Positions 17,094-25,489 are shown, counted from the first letter of the stretch. The stretch is 32,000 nt of DNA from Longivirga aurantiaca (GCF_042660085.1 NZ_JBHSTI010000008.1:30001-62000); one strand, 5' to 3'. The notes: generated from the letters alone by a model not told the origin. Program-made: numbers and translations.

Positions 17094-18273
17094 CGCCGGC
17101 GGCCACGTGCTGGTCGTCAACGCCGGCAGCTCGTCGGTGAAGCTCGCCGTCCTGGACCCTGTGTCCGGGCGGCGAGCCCTCACCGGCCTGGCCGAGCGCG
17201 TCGGCACGCAGGACGCCTCGGTGCGGATCGACCGCGACGGCGAGCGCTCGACGTCCACGCCGGACGACGTGTCGCACGCCGGCGTGATCGAGGCGCTGCT
17301 CGCGCTCATGACCGGCGACGAGCGGTCGTCGATCACCGCCGTCGGGCATCGCGTGGTGCACGGCGGCCCGACGTACTCCTCGTCGGTCGTGGTCGACGAC
17401 GTCGTGCGCGCCGATCTCGAGGCGCTGACTCCCCTTGCGCCGCTTCATCTTCCGGGCAACCTCGCCGGCATCGACGCCACGACGGCCGCGCTGCCCGACC
17501 TGCCGCAGGTGGCGGTGTTCGACACGGCCTTCCACCGCACCATGCCGGCGTACGCCGCGCAGTACGCCGTTCCGCGGTCGTGGCGCGACGACCTCGACGT
17601 GCGCCGCTACGGCTTCCACGGCACCAGCCACCGCTACGTGTCGGGCGCAGCGGCCGAGCTGCTCGGCCGACCGCCCGGCGAGCTGGGCCTCGTCACGCTG
17701 CACCTCGGCAACGGGTGCAGCGCGGCCGCCGTGCGCGGTGGTCGATCGGTGGACACGACGATGGGCTTCACGCCGCTCGAGGGGCTCGTCATGGGCTCGC
17801 GCAGCGGCGACATCGACCCCGGGGTGATCCCGTACGTCGCCGAGCGGCTCGGCGTGGATGCTGCCGAGGTCGTCCGCCGCCTCAACACCGAGTCCGGCCT
17901 GCTCGGCGTCTCCGGCACGAGCAACGACATGCGCACGCTGCTCGAGGCGGCAGCCGCGGGGGACGAGGACGCGGCGCTCGCGGTGGAGCTGTTCTGCTAC
18001 CGGGCGGCCAAGCACGTCGCCGCGCTCTCGGTGGCGCTCGGCCGCCTCGACGCGGTGGTCTTCACCGGCGGGATCGGGGAGAACTCCGCGCCGGTGCGCG
18101 CCGCGGTCCTCGCCCGGCTCAGCGTCCTGGGGGTGCATCTCGACGCCGAGGCGAACCACGCGAACGGCGCCACCACCGGCGGCCGCATCAGCACGCCCGG
18201 AGGCCCCGTGGCGCTCGTCGTCCCGACCGACGAGGAGCTGCTCATCGCGCGGGACACCGCAGACCTGGCCTGA
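17077..18273 (+). CDS. ackA: Acetate kinase
   Basis: VLVVNAGSSSVKL, the HRVVHGG region and TGGIGENS are present. The start is ambiguous: GTG 17077 overlaps xfp by 17 nt, and in-frame GTG 17107 gives MLVVNAGSSS with no overlap. Confidence 0.92.
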   Translation: MTALSDAGGHVLVVNAGSSSVKLAVLDPVSGRRALTGLAERVGTQDASVRIDRDGERSTSTPDDVSHAGVIEALLALMTGDERSSITAVGHRVVHGGPTYSSSVVVDDVVRADLEALTPLAPLHLPGNLAGIDATTAALPDLPQVAVFDTAFHRTMPAYAAQYAVPRSWRDDLDVRRYGFHGTSHRYVSGAAAELLGRPPGELGLVTLHLGNGCSAAAVRGGRSVDTTMGFTPLEGLVMGSRSGDIDPGVIPYVAERLGVDAAEVVRRLNTESGLLGVSGTSNDMRTLLEAAAAGDEDAALAVELFCYRAAKHVAALSVALGRLDAVVFTGGIGENSAPVRAAVLARLSVLGVHLDAEANHANGATTGGRISTPGGPVALVVPTDEELLIARDTADLA

Positions 18274-18298
18274 GGCCTGGCCTGGCCCGCACGCGCGC

Positions 18299-18352
18299 GA
18301 GCCCGGCCACGCGAGCACGAACGACGCTGTTCGTGGCCGCGTGGCCGGGCTC
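18299..18352. terminator. Long compound hairpin between convergent ackA and whiB-like gene
   Basis: GAGCCCGGCCACGCG (18299-18313) pairs with CGCGTGGCCGGGCTC (18338-18352). The inner stem is CACGAAC/GTTCGTG with a 6-nt loop, separated from the outer stem by a 2x2 internal loop. Confidence 0.6.
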
Positions 18353-18372
18353 GGCGGTGCGGGTGGTGCAGG

Positions 18373-18696
18373 TCAGCTGGCGACGAGCTGGCGCTCGCGG
18401 AGCCGCGCGCGCTGGGCCTCGTCGGTGCCGCCCCAGATGCCGATGAGCGAGCGGTCCTCGAGCGCCACGCGCAGGCACTCGTCGCGGACGGCGCACCCGC
18501 CGCAGAACGAGAGGGCGACGCGGCGCGAGATCTGGTCGTGCGCGCTGACCGGGAAGAACACGTCGGGCTCGGCGTCCTGGCAGGCGGCGGAGGCCCACCA
18601 CTGCTCCTGCAGGGCGGTGCCGGTGGTCGCGAAGAGGTACTGCTGCTCCTCGGCGACGACGACCTCGACGGGCGGCGGCGGTGGGACGCGGGGCAT
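18373..18696 (-). CDS. WhiB-family (Wbl) iron-sulfur transcription factor
   Basis: 107 aa from ATG 18696, with AGAAGG 8-9 nt upstream. The four Cys are arranged C-x(n)-CGGC-x5-C (ACQDAE...FCGGCAVRDEC). The GIWGG turn is followed by a basic tail. Confidence 0.88.
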   Translation of the reverse strand: MPRVPPPPPVEVVVAEEQQYLFATTGTALQEQWWASAACQDAEPDVFFPVSAHDQISRRVALSFCGGCAVRDECLRVALEDRSLIGIWGGTDEAQRARLRERQLVAS

Positions 18697-18721
18697 GGCG
18701 CGGACCTTCTCTCGATGTGTA

Positions 18722-18756
18722 GTGCACCGGGTGCACCGCACAGTACACCGGGTGTA
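18722..18756. promoter_or_regulatory. Two related palindromes, 21 bp centre to centre, in the whiB/tetR divergent region
   Basis: The first is GTGCACC-g-GGTGCAC (18722-18736) and the second is TACACC-g-GGTGTA (18744-18756). They share the half-site T(G/A)CACC. Confidence 0.5.
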
Positions 18757-18791
18757 GCCAGGGCGCCAGGGTTCGGGCTAGGGTCTTTCGC

Positions 18792-19484
18792 ATGTCCGCA
18801 GCCGCCTCCGCAGCGCCCGCCCCGGGCGACGCGCGGACGCGCATCGAGGCCGCCGCGCTCGACCTGTTCGAGCAGCAGGGGTACGCCGCGACGACCGTCG
18901 AGGCCATCGCGAGCGCGGCCGGCGTCGCGCGCCGCACGTTCTTCCTGCACTTCCCCTCCAAGGACGCGGTGGTGTTCCTGCACCACGAGGAGCTCTCGGG
19001 CCGGGTCGCCGCGCTCCTGGACGCGAGCACCGACTCCGCCGCGGTGCCGGCCATGTGCCAGGCCGTGCGGATGGTGTTCGGGCACTACGTCGAGGAGCCG
19101 GAGATCGCGTTGCGGCGCTACCGCATCGTCAAGGACGTGCCCGAGCTCCGCGCCCGCGAGATCGCGTGGGTGCAGAGGTACCGCGTGCTGTTCGCCCGCT
19201 TCCTGCACAGCCGGCTCGACGAGCGCCCGTTCGGCGCTCTGGAGGCAGAGGCGATGGCCGGCTCGTTCGCCGCCGTCCACAACCACATGCTGCGCCGGTG
19301 GCTCAAGGACGACCTCGGCCCGGACCCCATGGGCGAGTTCGACACCGCGCTGGCGTGGCTGTCGTCGTCGTTCGACACCGCGACACGGGGCGGCGCGCCG
19401 CGCCGGCTCGTCGTGGCGGTGTTCGACGAGGGCACCGACCCGCGCGAGATCCTCGCCCAGGTGGAGCAGGCGACGTCCCGCTGA
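18792..19484 (+). CDS. TetR-family transcriptional regulator
   Basis: 230 aa. The HTH is YAATTVEAIASAAGVARRTFFLHFPSKD. TAGGGT (18779-18784) lies 7 nt before the ATG, so the transcript may be leaderless. Confidence 0.85.
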   Translation: MSAAASAAPAPGDARTRIEAAALDLFEQQGYAATTVEAIASAAGVARRTFFLHFPSKDAVVFLHHEELSGRVAALLDASTDSAAVPAMCQAVRMVFGHYVEEPEIALRRYRIVKDVPELRAREIAWVQRYRVLFARFLHSRLDERPFGALEAEAMAGSFAAVHNHMLRRWLKDDLGPDPMGEFDTALAWLSSSFDTATRGGAPRRLVVAVFDEGTDPREILAQVEQATSR

Positions 19485-19584
19485 CCGCCGGCGTTACACC
19501 TCGGCCGGTCACCCGGCGGAGAGCAGAGCGAATCTTGAGGTTCTGAGGCAGAAACGGCCGGACTCTCTCCGTACCGTCACGAGG

Positions 19585-20157
19585 GTGACCCATCGTCGGC
19601 CTCTGCTCGCTGTCGCCGCTGCCCTCGTCGCCCTCGCACTGTCCGCCTGCTCGGGCTCCGCGGCTGACGCCGGCAGCAGCGCCCCCGCGTCGGCGAGCCC
19701 CTCGGCGAGCGAGACCAACCCGTACGGCGCGGCCGTGGTCGACCCTCTCGGCGCCGACGAGCCCGTCCTCACCCTCGACGGCGGATCCGCAGGAAAGGTG
19801 GGGCTCACCCTCGCCGAGCTCGAGGCGCTCGGCACCACGACGGTCACCGTCAACGAGCCGTTCGTGCAGAAGGTGCAGACCTTCACCGGCGTGCCGCTGT
19901 CGGCCGTCCTGGACCGAGGCGGCATCGCCTCGACCGCGACGGTCGACACCATCGCCCTCAACGACTACGAGTACTCCGGCCTCGCGTCGGACTTCGAGGC
20001 GAGCGACGCGATCATCGCGACCCAGCGCGACGGCCAGCCGATCCCGTACGACCAGGGCGGCCCGATCCGGCTCGTCTACCCCGACGGCACCTCGCTCTCG
20101 GGCGTGCTCGACGCCTGGAACTGGAGCCTGGACCGGCTCTCGGTCGCCTCCGCATGA
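19585..20157 (+). CDS. Lipoprotein with an oxidoreductase molybdopterin-binding-like (YedY/MsrP-fold) domain
   Basis: 190 aa from GTG 19585. The signal peptide has the lipobox LSAC. The blocks FTGVPLSAVL, ALNDYEYS and GGPIRLVYP are typical of the Oxidored_molyb fold. The start codon is uncertain because the SD is poor. Confidence 0.7.
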   Translation: MTHRRPLLAVAAALVALALSACSGSAADAGSSAPASASPSASETNPYGAAVVDPLGADEPVLTLDGGSAGKVGLTLAELEALGTTTVTVNEPFVQKVQTFTGVPLSAVLDRGGIASTATVDTIALNDYEYSGLASDFEASDAIIATQRDGQPIPYDQGGPIRLVYPDGTSLSGVLDAWNWSLDRLSVASA

Positions 20158-21731
20158 CCTCGGCCAGGAACGCCTCGGCGTCGGGCGCCACGGCCGCGGA
20201 CGAACGCCTGCGCCCGCGCTGGGGGCAGTTGCTGCTCGCCGCGCTCGTGATCGGCCTCATCACCGGTCTCGCCATCACCGGTGCACGCCAGGCCGCAACC
20301 GTTCAGGCACGCACCGCCGCGCTCGCCGGCTCAGAGGCGACGAGGACCAACATCGTCTACACGATGCGGGAGAGCCTCGCGCTCTCGATCGTGGTGGAGC
20401 AGTACCTCGCGGGAGAGGCTCCGCGCCGCGACGTGCAGATCGACCGCGCTCTGCTCGGCCAGCGCCTCGGTGTCCTCGGTGCGGACGGCGTGTCCGCCGG
20501 GGACGCCGCACCTGCGTCGTACCGCGACGCCCTGTTCGCCCTCGACGGCAGGCTCGCGGCCATCCCGTCCGGGACGCTGAACGCGGCCGAGCAGCAGATG
20601 TGGAGCGACGCCCTCGACCCGGTGCTCAGCACGTTCGTGCGCGAGTCGCGTCGCCTCGGCGACCTCGAGTCGGTCACCTTCCGCACCGAGGCGCGCGCTG
20701 CGGCCGAGCAACAGGTGTCGACGGCGGTGCGCGAGTCGGTCCTGCTCGTCTCCGCGCTCCTCGCCGCGCTCGCCCTCGCGGTGTGGGTGTTCCTCGACGT
20801 ACGCCGGTACTTCCGCCGCGTCGACGCCGCGATCACCGAGGAGCGGTCGGGCCTCGACCTGGCGCGCGCTGCGCTCGAGCGCAGCACCGTCTTCGAGCGC
20901 GGCCAGGCGCGGGTGCTGGAGCGCATGGCGACAGGCGCGCCGCTGCACGAGCAGCTCTACTCGGTCGCCGAGCTCGCGTCGCGCGCCTCCGGCGACCTCC
21001 CGTTCCGGCTCATGGTCGCGGACCGCATCGTGCTGTCGGAGTCGGCCCAGCTGCGCGCGCCCGGCGATGCCCTGCTCGAGAGCTGGCCCGTGGGCGACGG
21101 ATCCAACCCCGCCGAGTCAGGGGTGCTCGAGCTCGTCGGGACGACCGGAGACGACGTCGCGCCCGAGGTCGACGCGGTCGCCCGCCAGTGCTGCGACCTC
21201 GCCGCGCTGGTGCTCGAGCACGACCGCTCCGCCGCGCTGCTCGAGTACCAGGCCAACCACGACGCCCTGACGGGGCTGGTGAACCGCGGCCTGCTGCTCG
21301 ACCGGATCGGCGAGGCGATGCGCCGCCGCGAGCGCTCGGGCGAGATCGTCGGCATCCTGTTCTGCGACCTCGACAGGTTCAAGGAGGTCAACGACTCCCT
21401 CGGCCATGACGTCGGCGACGACGTCCTCGTCGAGGTGGCCGGCCGCTTCCGCCAGGCAGTGCGGCTCCACGACACCGTCGCGCGCCTCGGCGGCGACGAG
21501 TTCGTGGTGCTCGCGACGTGGATGAACGACGAGAGCGAGCTGCGCCTCCTGGGCGACCGCCTGCAGGAGTCGCTCGTCCAGCCGATCTCCGTGCAGGGCA
21601 AGGAGGTGACGGTCGACGTGACCATCGGGCAGGTCGTCGTCGACGACCTCATGCTCGACGCGCGCACCGCCCTGCACGCCGCCGACATCGCGATGTACCG
21701 CGGCAAGGGCGTGCCCGCGCCCCGCGCCTGA
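20154..21731 (+). CDS. Membrane-anchored diguanylate cyclase (TM - extracytoplasmic region - TM - GAF-like - GGDEF)
   Basis: 525 aa, with ATGA overlapping the lipoprotein stop. There are two TM segments (~res 24-45 and ~res 197-218). The GGDEF domain reads DALTGLVNRG...ARLGGDEFVV, with an RxxD I-site (RLHD) 5 residues upstream. Confidence 0.9.
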   Translation: MTSARNASASGATAADERLRPRWGQLLLAALVIGLITGLAITGARQAATVQARTAALAGSEATRTNIVYTMRESLALSIVVEQYLAGEAPRRDVQIDRALLGQRLGVLGADGVSAGDAAPASYRDALFALDGRLAAIPSGTLNAAEQQMWSDALDPVLSTFVRESRRLGDLESVTFRTEARAAAEQQVSTAVRESVLLVSALLAALALAVWVFLDVRRYFRRVDAAITEERSGLDLARAALERSTVFERGQARVLERMATGAPLHEQLYSVAELASRASGDLPFRLMVADRIVLSESAQLRAPGDALLESWPVGDGSNPAESGVLELVGTTGDDVAPEVDAVARQCCDLAALVLEHDRSAALLEYQANHDALTGLVNRGLLLDRIGEAMRRRERSGEIVGILFCDLDRFKEVNDSLGHDVGDDVLVEVAGRFRQAVRLHDTVARLGGDEFVVLATWMNDESELRLLGDRLQESLVQPISVQGKEVTVDVTIGQVVVDDLMLDARTALHAADIAMYRGKGVPAPRA

Positions 21732-21748
21732 CCGCAGCAGCGGAGGCC

Positions 21749-21778
21749 TTGACAGGGTTGTCCAATCTTTACCAGAAT
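21749..21778 (+). promoter_or_regulatory. Sigma-70-like promoter candidate for the NTPase gene
   Basis: TTGACA (21749-21754), 18-nt spacer, CAGAAT (21773-21778). It lies in an AT-rich island immediately after the GGDEF stop. Confidence 0.4.
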
Positions 21779-21799
21779 CTTGGAAAGTTCTGGAAAGGG

Positions 21800-22990
21800 G
21801 TGGTCGTGGATCCGGTCCGCAACCCGTACACGCCCAACGCCGGCGCCCGCCCGCCGGTGCTGCAGGGCCGCGACGACCTGCTCGAGGACTTCCGGCTCCT
21901 GGTGCAGCGGGTGGCCGACGGCCGTTCGGACAAGGGCTACGTCGTCACCGGTCTGCGCGGGGTGGGCAAGACCGTCCTGCTGGGCGAGTTCGAGACGATC
22001 GCCCGCGACCTCGGCGCCGTCGTCGTCACCTACGAGGTGCCCAAGGCGCCCGGCTCCCTGACCCGCCGGTTCCCGGCGCTCGCCCGCAAGGCGCTGCTGG
22101 AGATCTCGCCGTCGGCCCGGTGGGGTGAGCGCGCCCGGCGCGCGGCGGCGGTGATCCGCGGGTTCAAGGCACGGTTCGACCCCGAGGGCGGCTGGTCCAT
22201 CGAGTACGACGTCTCCGACGCGATGTCGGTGGAAGGTGTCGCAGACTCGGGCGACTTCGTGGCGGACCTCGCGGACCTCGTCGAGGCCCTCGGCGAGGCC
22301 GCCCGCGCCGAGCATCGCGTGGTGGTGTTCCTCATCGACGAGATCCAGCACCTCGACTCCACCGAGCTGTCCGCCCTCGTGATCGCCAAGCACCGCGTCA
22401 ACCAGCGGGTGCTGCCGGTGGTGTTCGCGGGGGCCGGGCTGCCGCAGCTGCCGGCGTTCACCGCGGAGGCGCAGACGTACGCCGAGCGCATGTTCCGGTG
22501 GCCTCAGATCGGCCGCCTCGACGACCGCGCAGCGCGCCTCGCGCTCCTGGAGCCGGCGGCCCGGCTCGGCGTCGGGTTCGAGGAGGCGGCGCTCGCCTTC
22601 ATCACGGCGTACACCGAGGGCTACCCGTACTTCCTGCAGGAGTACGGGCGCGCGGTGTGGGACGCGGCCGAGGCCTCGCCGATCAGCCTGCGGGACGCGG
22701 AGGACACGCGCACGACCGTGGAGGCGGTGCTCGACCAGGACTTCTTCTCGGTGCGCGTCGCCGGCCTGCCCGACCGCGAGCTCGGCTACCTCCGGGCGCT
22801 CGCCTCGCTCGGGCCGGGGGAGCACACCCCCGCGTCGGTCGCGGCGGCGATGAACCGGTCGGGCTCGGCATCGGTGGGGTCGGCCACCGCACGCCTGGTG
22901 TCGCGGGGGCTGATCTACAGCACCCGTCGCGGCTACGTGGCGTTCACGGTGCCGCAGTTCGACCGGTACGTGCGGCGGACCTTCGGCTGA
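21800..22990 (+). CDS. Orphan AAA+/ORC-STAND-like NTPase with C-terminal winged-helix domain
   Basis: About 395 aa. The start is GTG 21800 or GTG 21806, after GGAAAGGGG. The N-terminus is NPYTPNAGARPPVLQGRDDLL, Walker A is GLRGVGKT and Walker B is VVVFLIDEIQ. EGYPYFLQEYG is followed by a wHTH-like tail. The part of the ORF upstream of ~21800 is read-through of the GGDEF gene. Confidence 0.8.
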   Translation: MVVDPVRNPYTPNAGARPPVLQGRDDLLEDFRLLVQRVADGRSDKGYVVTGLRGVGKTVLLGEFETIARDLGAVVVTYEVPKAPGSLTRRFPALARKALLEISPSARWGERARRAAAVIRGFKARFDPEGGWSIEYDVSDAMSVEGVADSGDFVADLADLVEALGEAARAEHRVVVFLIDEIQHLDSTELSALVIAKHRVNQRVLPVVFAGAGLPQLPAFTAEAQTYAERMFRWPQIGRLDDRAARLALLEPAARLGVGFEEAALAFITAYTEGYPYFLQEYGRAVWDAAEASPISLRDAEDTRTTVEAVLDQDFFSVRVAGLPDRELGYLRALASLGPGEHTPASVAAAMNRSGSASVGSATARLVSRGLIYSTRRGYVAFTVPQFDRYVRRTFG

Positions 22991-23062
22991 GCCGGACCGC
23001 GCTGTCCGAGGTTGTCCGCCATCCCGGAAAGACCGGGACGGGGTCGCCGGGACGGCGCAGCG

Positions 23063-24442
23063 TCAGCGCAGGGACTCGAGCGCGGCGAGCACGTCGGCGG
23101 CGTGCGTCGCGGGGTTCACGAACGCCAGGCGCAGCACCGTGCGTCCCTGCCACTGCGTGGGCAGGCAGAGGATCACGCCGTCCTTGGCGAGGGTGGTCGA
23201 CCAGGTGCGGTACTGCTCGTCGTCCCACCCGACCCGCTCGAAGAGCACGACCGACAGGTGCGGGGCGAAGCAGAGCGTGAGGTGCTCGGAGTCGTCGATC
23301 GTCTCGGCCACGACGCGCGCGGTGGCGATGCTGCGCTCGATCGCCGCGGTGTAGCGGTCGGTGCCGTGGGTGGCGAGGCTGAACCAGAACGGCAGGCCGC
23401 GGGCCCGCCGCGACAGGTGCACGGCGAGGTCGGACGGGTTCCACTCGGCCCGGTCGACCTGGTCGAGGTAGCTCGCGCGCTGCGCGTGGGCGGCGCGTGC
23501 GAGCTCGGGCTGCCGGTAGACGAGGGCGCACGCGTCGTACGGCGCGAAGAGCCACTTGTGCGGGTCGACGATGAAGCTGTCGGCGCGCTCGATGCCGGCG
23601 AACAGGTGGCGCACGGACGGCGCCGCGAGCCCTGCCCCGCCGTACGCGCCGTCGACGTGCAGCCACACGCCGTGCCGCTCGCACGCGTCCGCGACGCCGG
23701 CGAGGTCGTCGACCACGCCGCTGTTGGTGGTGCCTGCGGAGCTGACGACCGCGAAGACCCCAGGTGAGTCGCGCAGCACCGCGTCGAGGCGCTCGCCGGT
23801 CAGCCGGCCGAGCTCGTCGCCGGGCACCTCGACGACGTCGACGTCCATCACGCGGGCCGCGGCCCGGATCGAGGAGTGCGCGTCCGACGTGCAGGCGAGG
23901 CGCCACCGGCCCTCGGGTCGGCCGTGGCGCTGCTCGGCGGTGTGCCGCGCCGCGACGAGCGCCGAGAGGTTGCCGGTGGTGCCGCCCGAGACGAAGACGC
24001 CGCCCGCGGTCTGAGGCCAGCCGAGGAGCGTGCAGATCCACGCGAGCGCCTGGTTCTCGGCGTGGATCGCCCCTGCTCCGGACTCCCAGTAGCCGGCGAA
24101 CACGTTGGCCGCGCTGGTGGCGAGGTCGAACGAGATGGCTGCGCGGGTCGGGGCGGCCGGGATGTAGGCGAGGTTGAGCGGGTCGTCCTGGGCGCGGGTC
24201 GCGGGGGCGAGGACCTCGCGGAAGAGGCGCAGCGCCTCGTCGTGGCCGATTCCCTCCGGCGTCACGGTGCGGCCGGTGGCCGCTGCCAGCTCGCTCGCGG
24301 GGCGGGCGGTCCACTTGGGGTCGGACGCCGTGACCACGCGCTGAGCGGCCCAGCCGACGACGGCGTCGACGACCGGGGTCTCGTCGCCCCAGATGCTCGA
24401 CGGCGGCGGGCCGGGGTGGGCGTCGTCCGGGCTCTCGATCAC
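23063..24442 (-). CDS. Group II pyridoxal-phosphate-dependent decarboxylase
   Basis: 459 aa carrying SGGTTGNL, HVDGAYGG and the PLP-lysine motif IVDPHKW. Confidence 0.9.
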   Translation of the reverse strand: MIESPDDAHPGPPPSSIWGDETPVVDAVVGWAAQRVVTASDPKWTARPASELAAATGRTVTPEGIGHDEALRLFREVLAPATRAQDDPLNLAYIPAAPTRAAISFDLATSAANVFAGYWESGAGAIHAENQALAWICTLLGWPQTAGGVFVSGGTTGNLSALVAARHTAEQRHGRPEGRWRLACTSDAHSSIRAAARVMDVDVVEVPGDELGRLTGERLDAVLRDSPGVFAVVSSAGTTNSGVVDDLAGVADACERHGVWLHVDGAYGGAGLAAPSVRHLFAGIERADSFIVDPHKWLFAPYDACALVYRQPELARAAHAQRASYLDQVDRAEWNPSDLAVHLSRRARGLPFWFSLATHGTDRYTAAIERSIATARVVAETIDDSEHLTLCFAPHLSVVLFERVGWDDEQYRTWSTTLAKDGVILCLPTQWQGRTVLRLAFVNPATHAADVLAALESLR

Positions 24443-24587
24443 GCGGCAGTCCTTGCTGGTCGGCTGGCGGGGGCACCGTCGGGCACGGTGAGTGCGCCAC
24501 TGTGGCGACCAGCCGAGCGGTGTTCAAGGCGGCGCTGCACCGCAGCGCAGACTGCCTAGTGCTTGATCACGTGTGCGAGCAGTATGC

Positions 24588-25424
24588 CTAGCGAGGACTG
24601 GAACCGGGCCGTCGGAGGCGCATGAGGCCCTCCTGCACCGTGGTGGCCACGAGGCGGCCCTGCTGGTCGAACATGCGGCCGCGGCCGAGGCCGCGCCCAC
24701 CGGAGGCCGACGGCGTGTCCTGGTCGTGCAGCAGCCACTCGTCGGCCCGGGCCGGGCGGTGGAACCACATCGCGTGGTCGATCGACGCGCTGATGAGCTC
24801 GGGGTTCTCGAAGCCGATGCCGTGCGGGCGCAGCGCCGTACCGAGGATGGTGAGGTCGCTCGCGTAGGCGAGGACTGCGGCGTGCAGGGCTGCGCCGTCG
24901 GGCAGCGCGCTGACCGTGCGCAGCCACACCTGCAGCCGGTCGACATCCTCGCCGCCGTAGCGCACGTCGAGCACGCCCCACTCGTCCGGCGCCACCGGTC
25001 GGCCGGAGGCAGCGATGCGCTCGGCGAGGGTCGGCAGGCCCTCGGGCGCTGGCACGTCGGGCATGACGTCCTGGTGCTCCAGGCCTTCCTCGACCACCTG
25101 GAACGAGGCGGTCATGTGGAAGATCGGGCGACCGTGCTGCCGGGCGATGACGCGTCGGGTGGTGAACGAGCCGCCGTCGCGCGTGCGCTCGACGAGGTAC
25201 ACGATCGGGACGGTCGGGTCGCCCGGTCGCAGGAAGTAGCCGTGCAGCGAGTGCGGAGGGCGGTCGTCGGGCACCGTCCGGGCGCCGGCGACGAGCGCCT
25301 GGGCCAGCACCTGCCCGCCGAAGACGCGCTGCAGCGTGGTCGCCGGGGCGTGGCCGCGGAGCAGGTCGTCGTCGATCCACTCGAGGTCGAGCAGGGTCAA
25401 CAGCTCGGGGACGGTGGCGACCAT
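24588..25424 (-). CDS. tesB: Acyl-CoA thioesterase II
   Basis: 278 aa from ATG 25424. It shows the double hot-dog pattern: LLDLE...FGGQVLAQAL, SLHGYFLRPGD, then SIDHAMWFHRP and GGRGLGRG. The rest of ORF 24588..26750 is read-through. Confidence 0.88.
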   Translation of the reverse strand: MVATVPELLTLLDLEWIDDDLLRGHAPATTLQRVFGGQVLAQALVAGARTVPDDRPPHSLHGYFLRPGDPTVPIVYLVERTRDGGSFTTRRVIARQHGRPIFHMTASFQVVEEGLEHQDVMPDVPAPEGLPTLAERIAASGRPVAPDEWGVLDVRYGGEDVDRLQVWLRTVSALPDGAALHAAVLAYASDLTILGTALRPHGIGFENPELISASIDHAMWFHRPARADEWLLHDQDTPSASGGRGLGRGRMFDQQGRLVATTVQEGLMRLRRPGSSPR

Positions 25425-25489
25425 GGCACCACTCTGCCGTGCCCGGGACCTCGACCGGTGCTGGGTCCGCCAGAACGGCCCGGTCGCAT

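Noticed and set aside
24495-24548. Small palindromes between tesB and the decarboxylase gene: CGCCAC-t-GTGGCG at 24495-24507, the GCGCTGC/GCAGCGC hairpin at 24532-24548, and the TGCCTAG direct repeat at 24553-24559/24584-24590.
   Set aside because: The stems are short (6-7 bp) and the loop of the first is too small to fold. There is no U-tract and no second occurrence. They could be a weak tesB terminator or a binding site, but the evidence is insufficient to call either.
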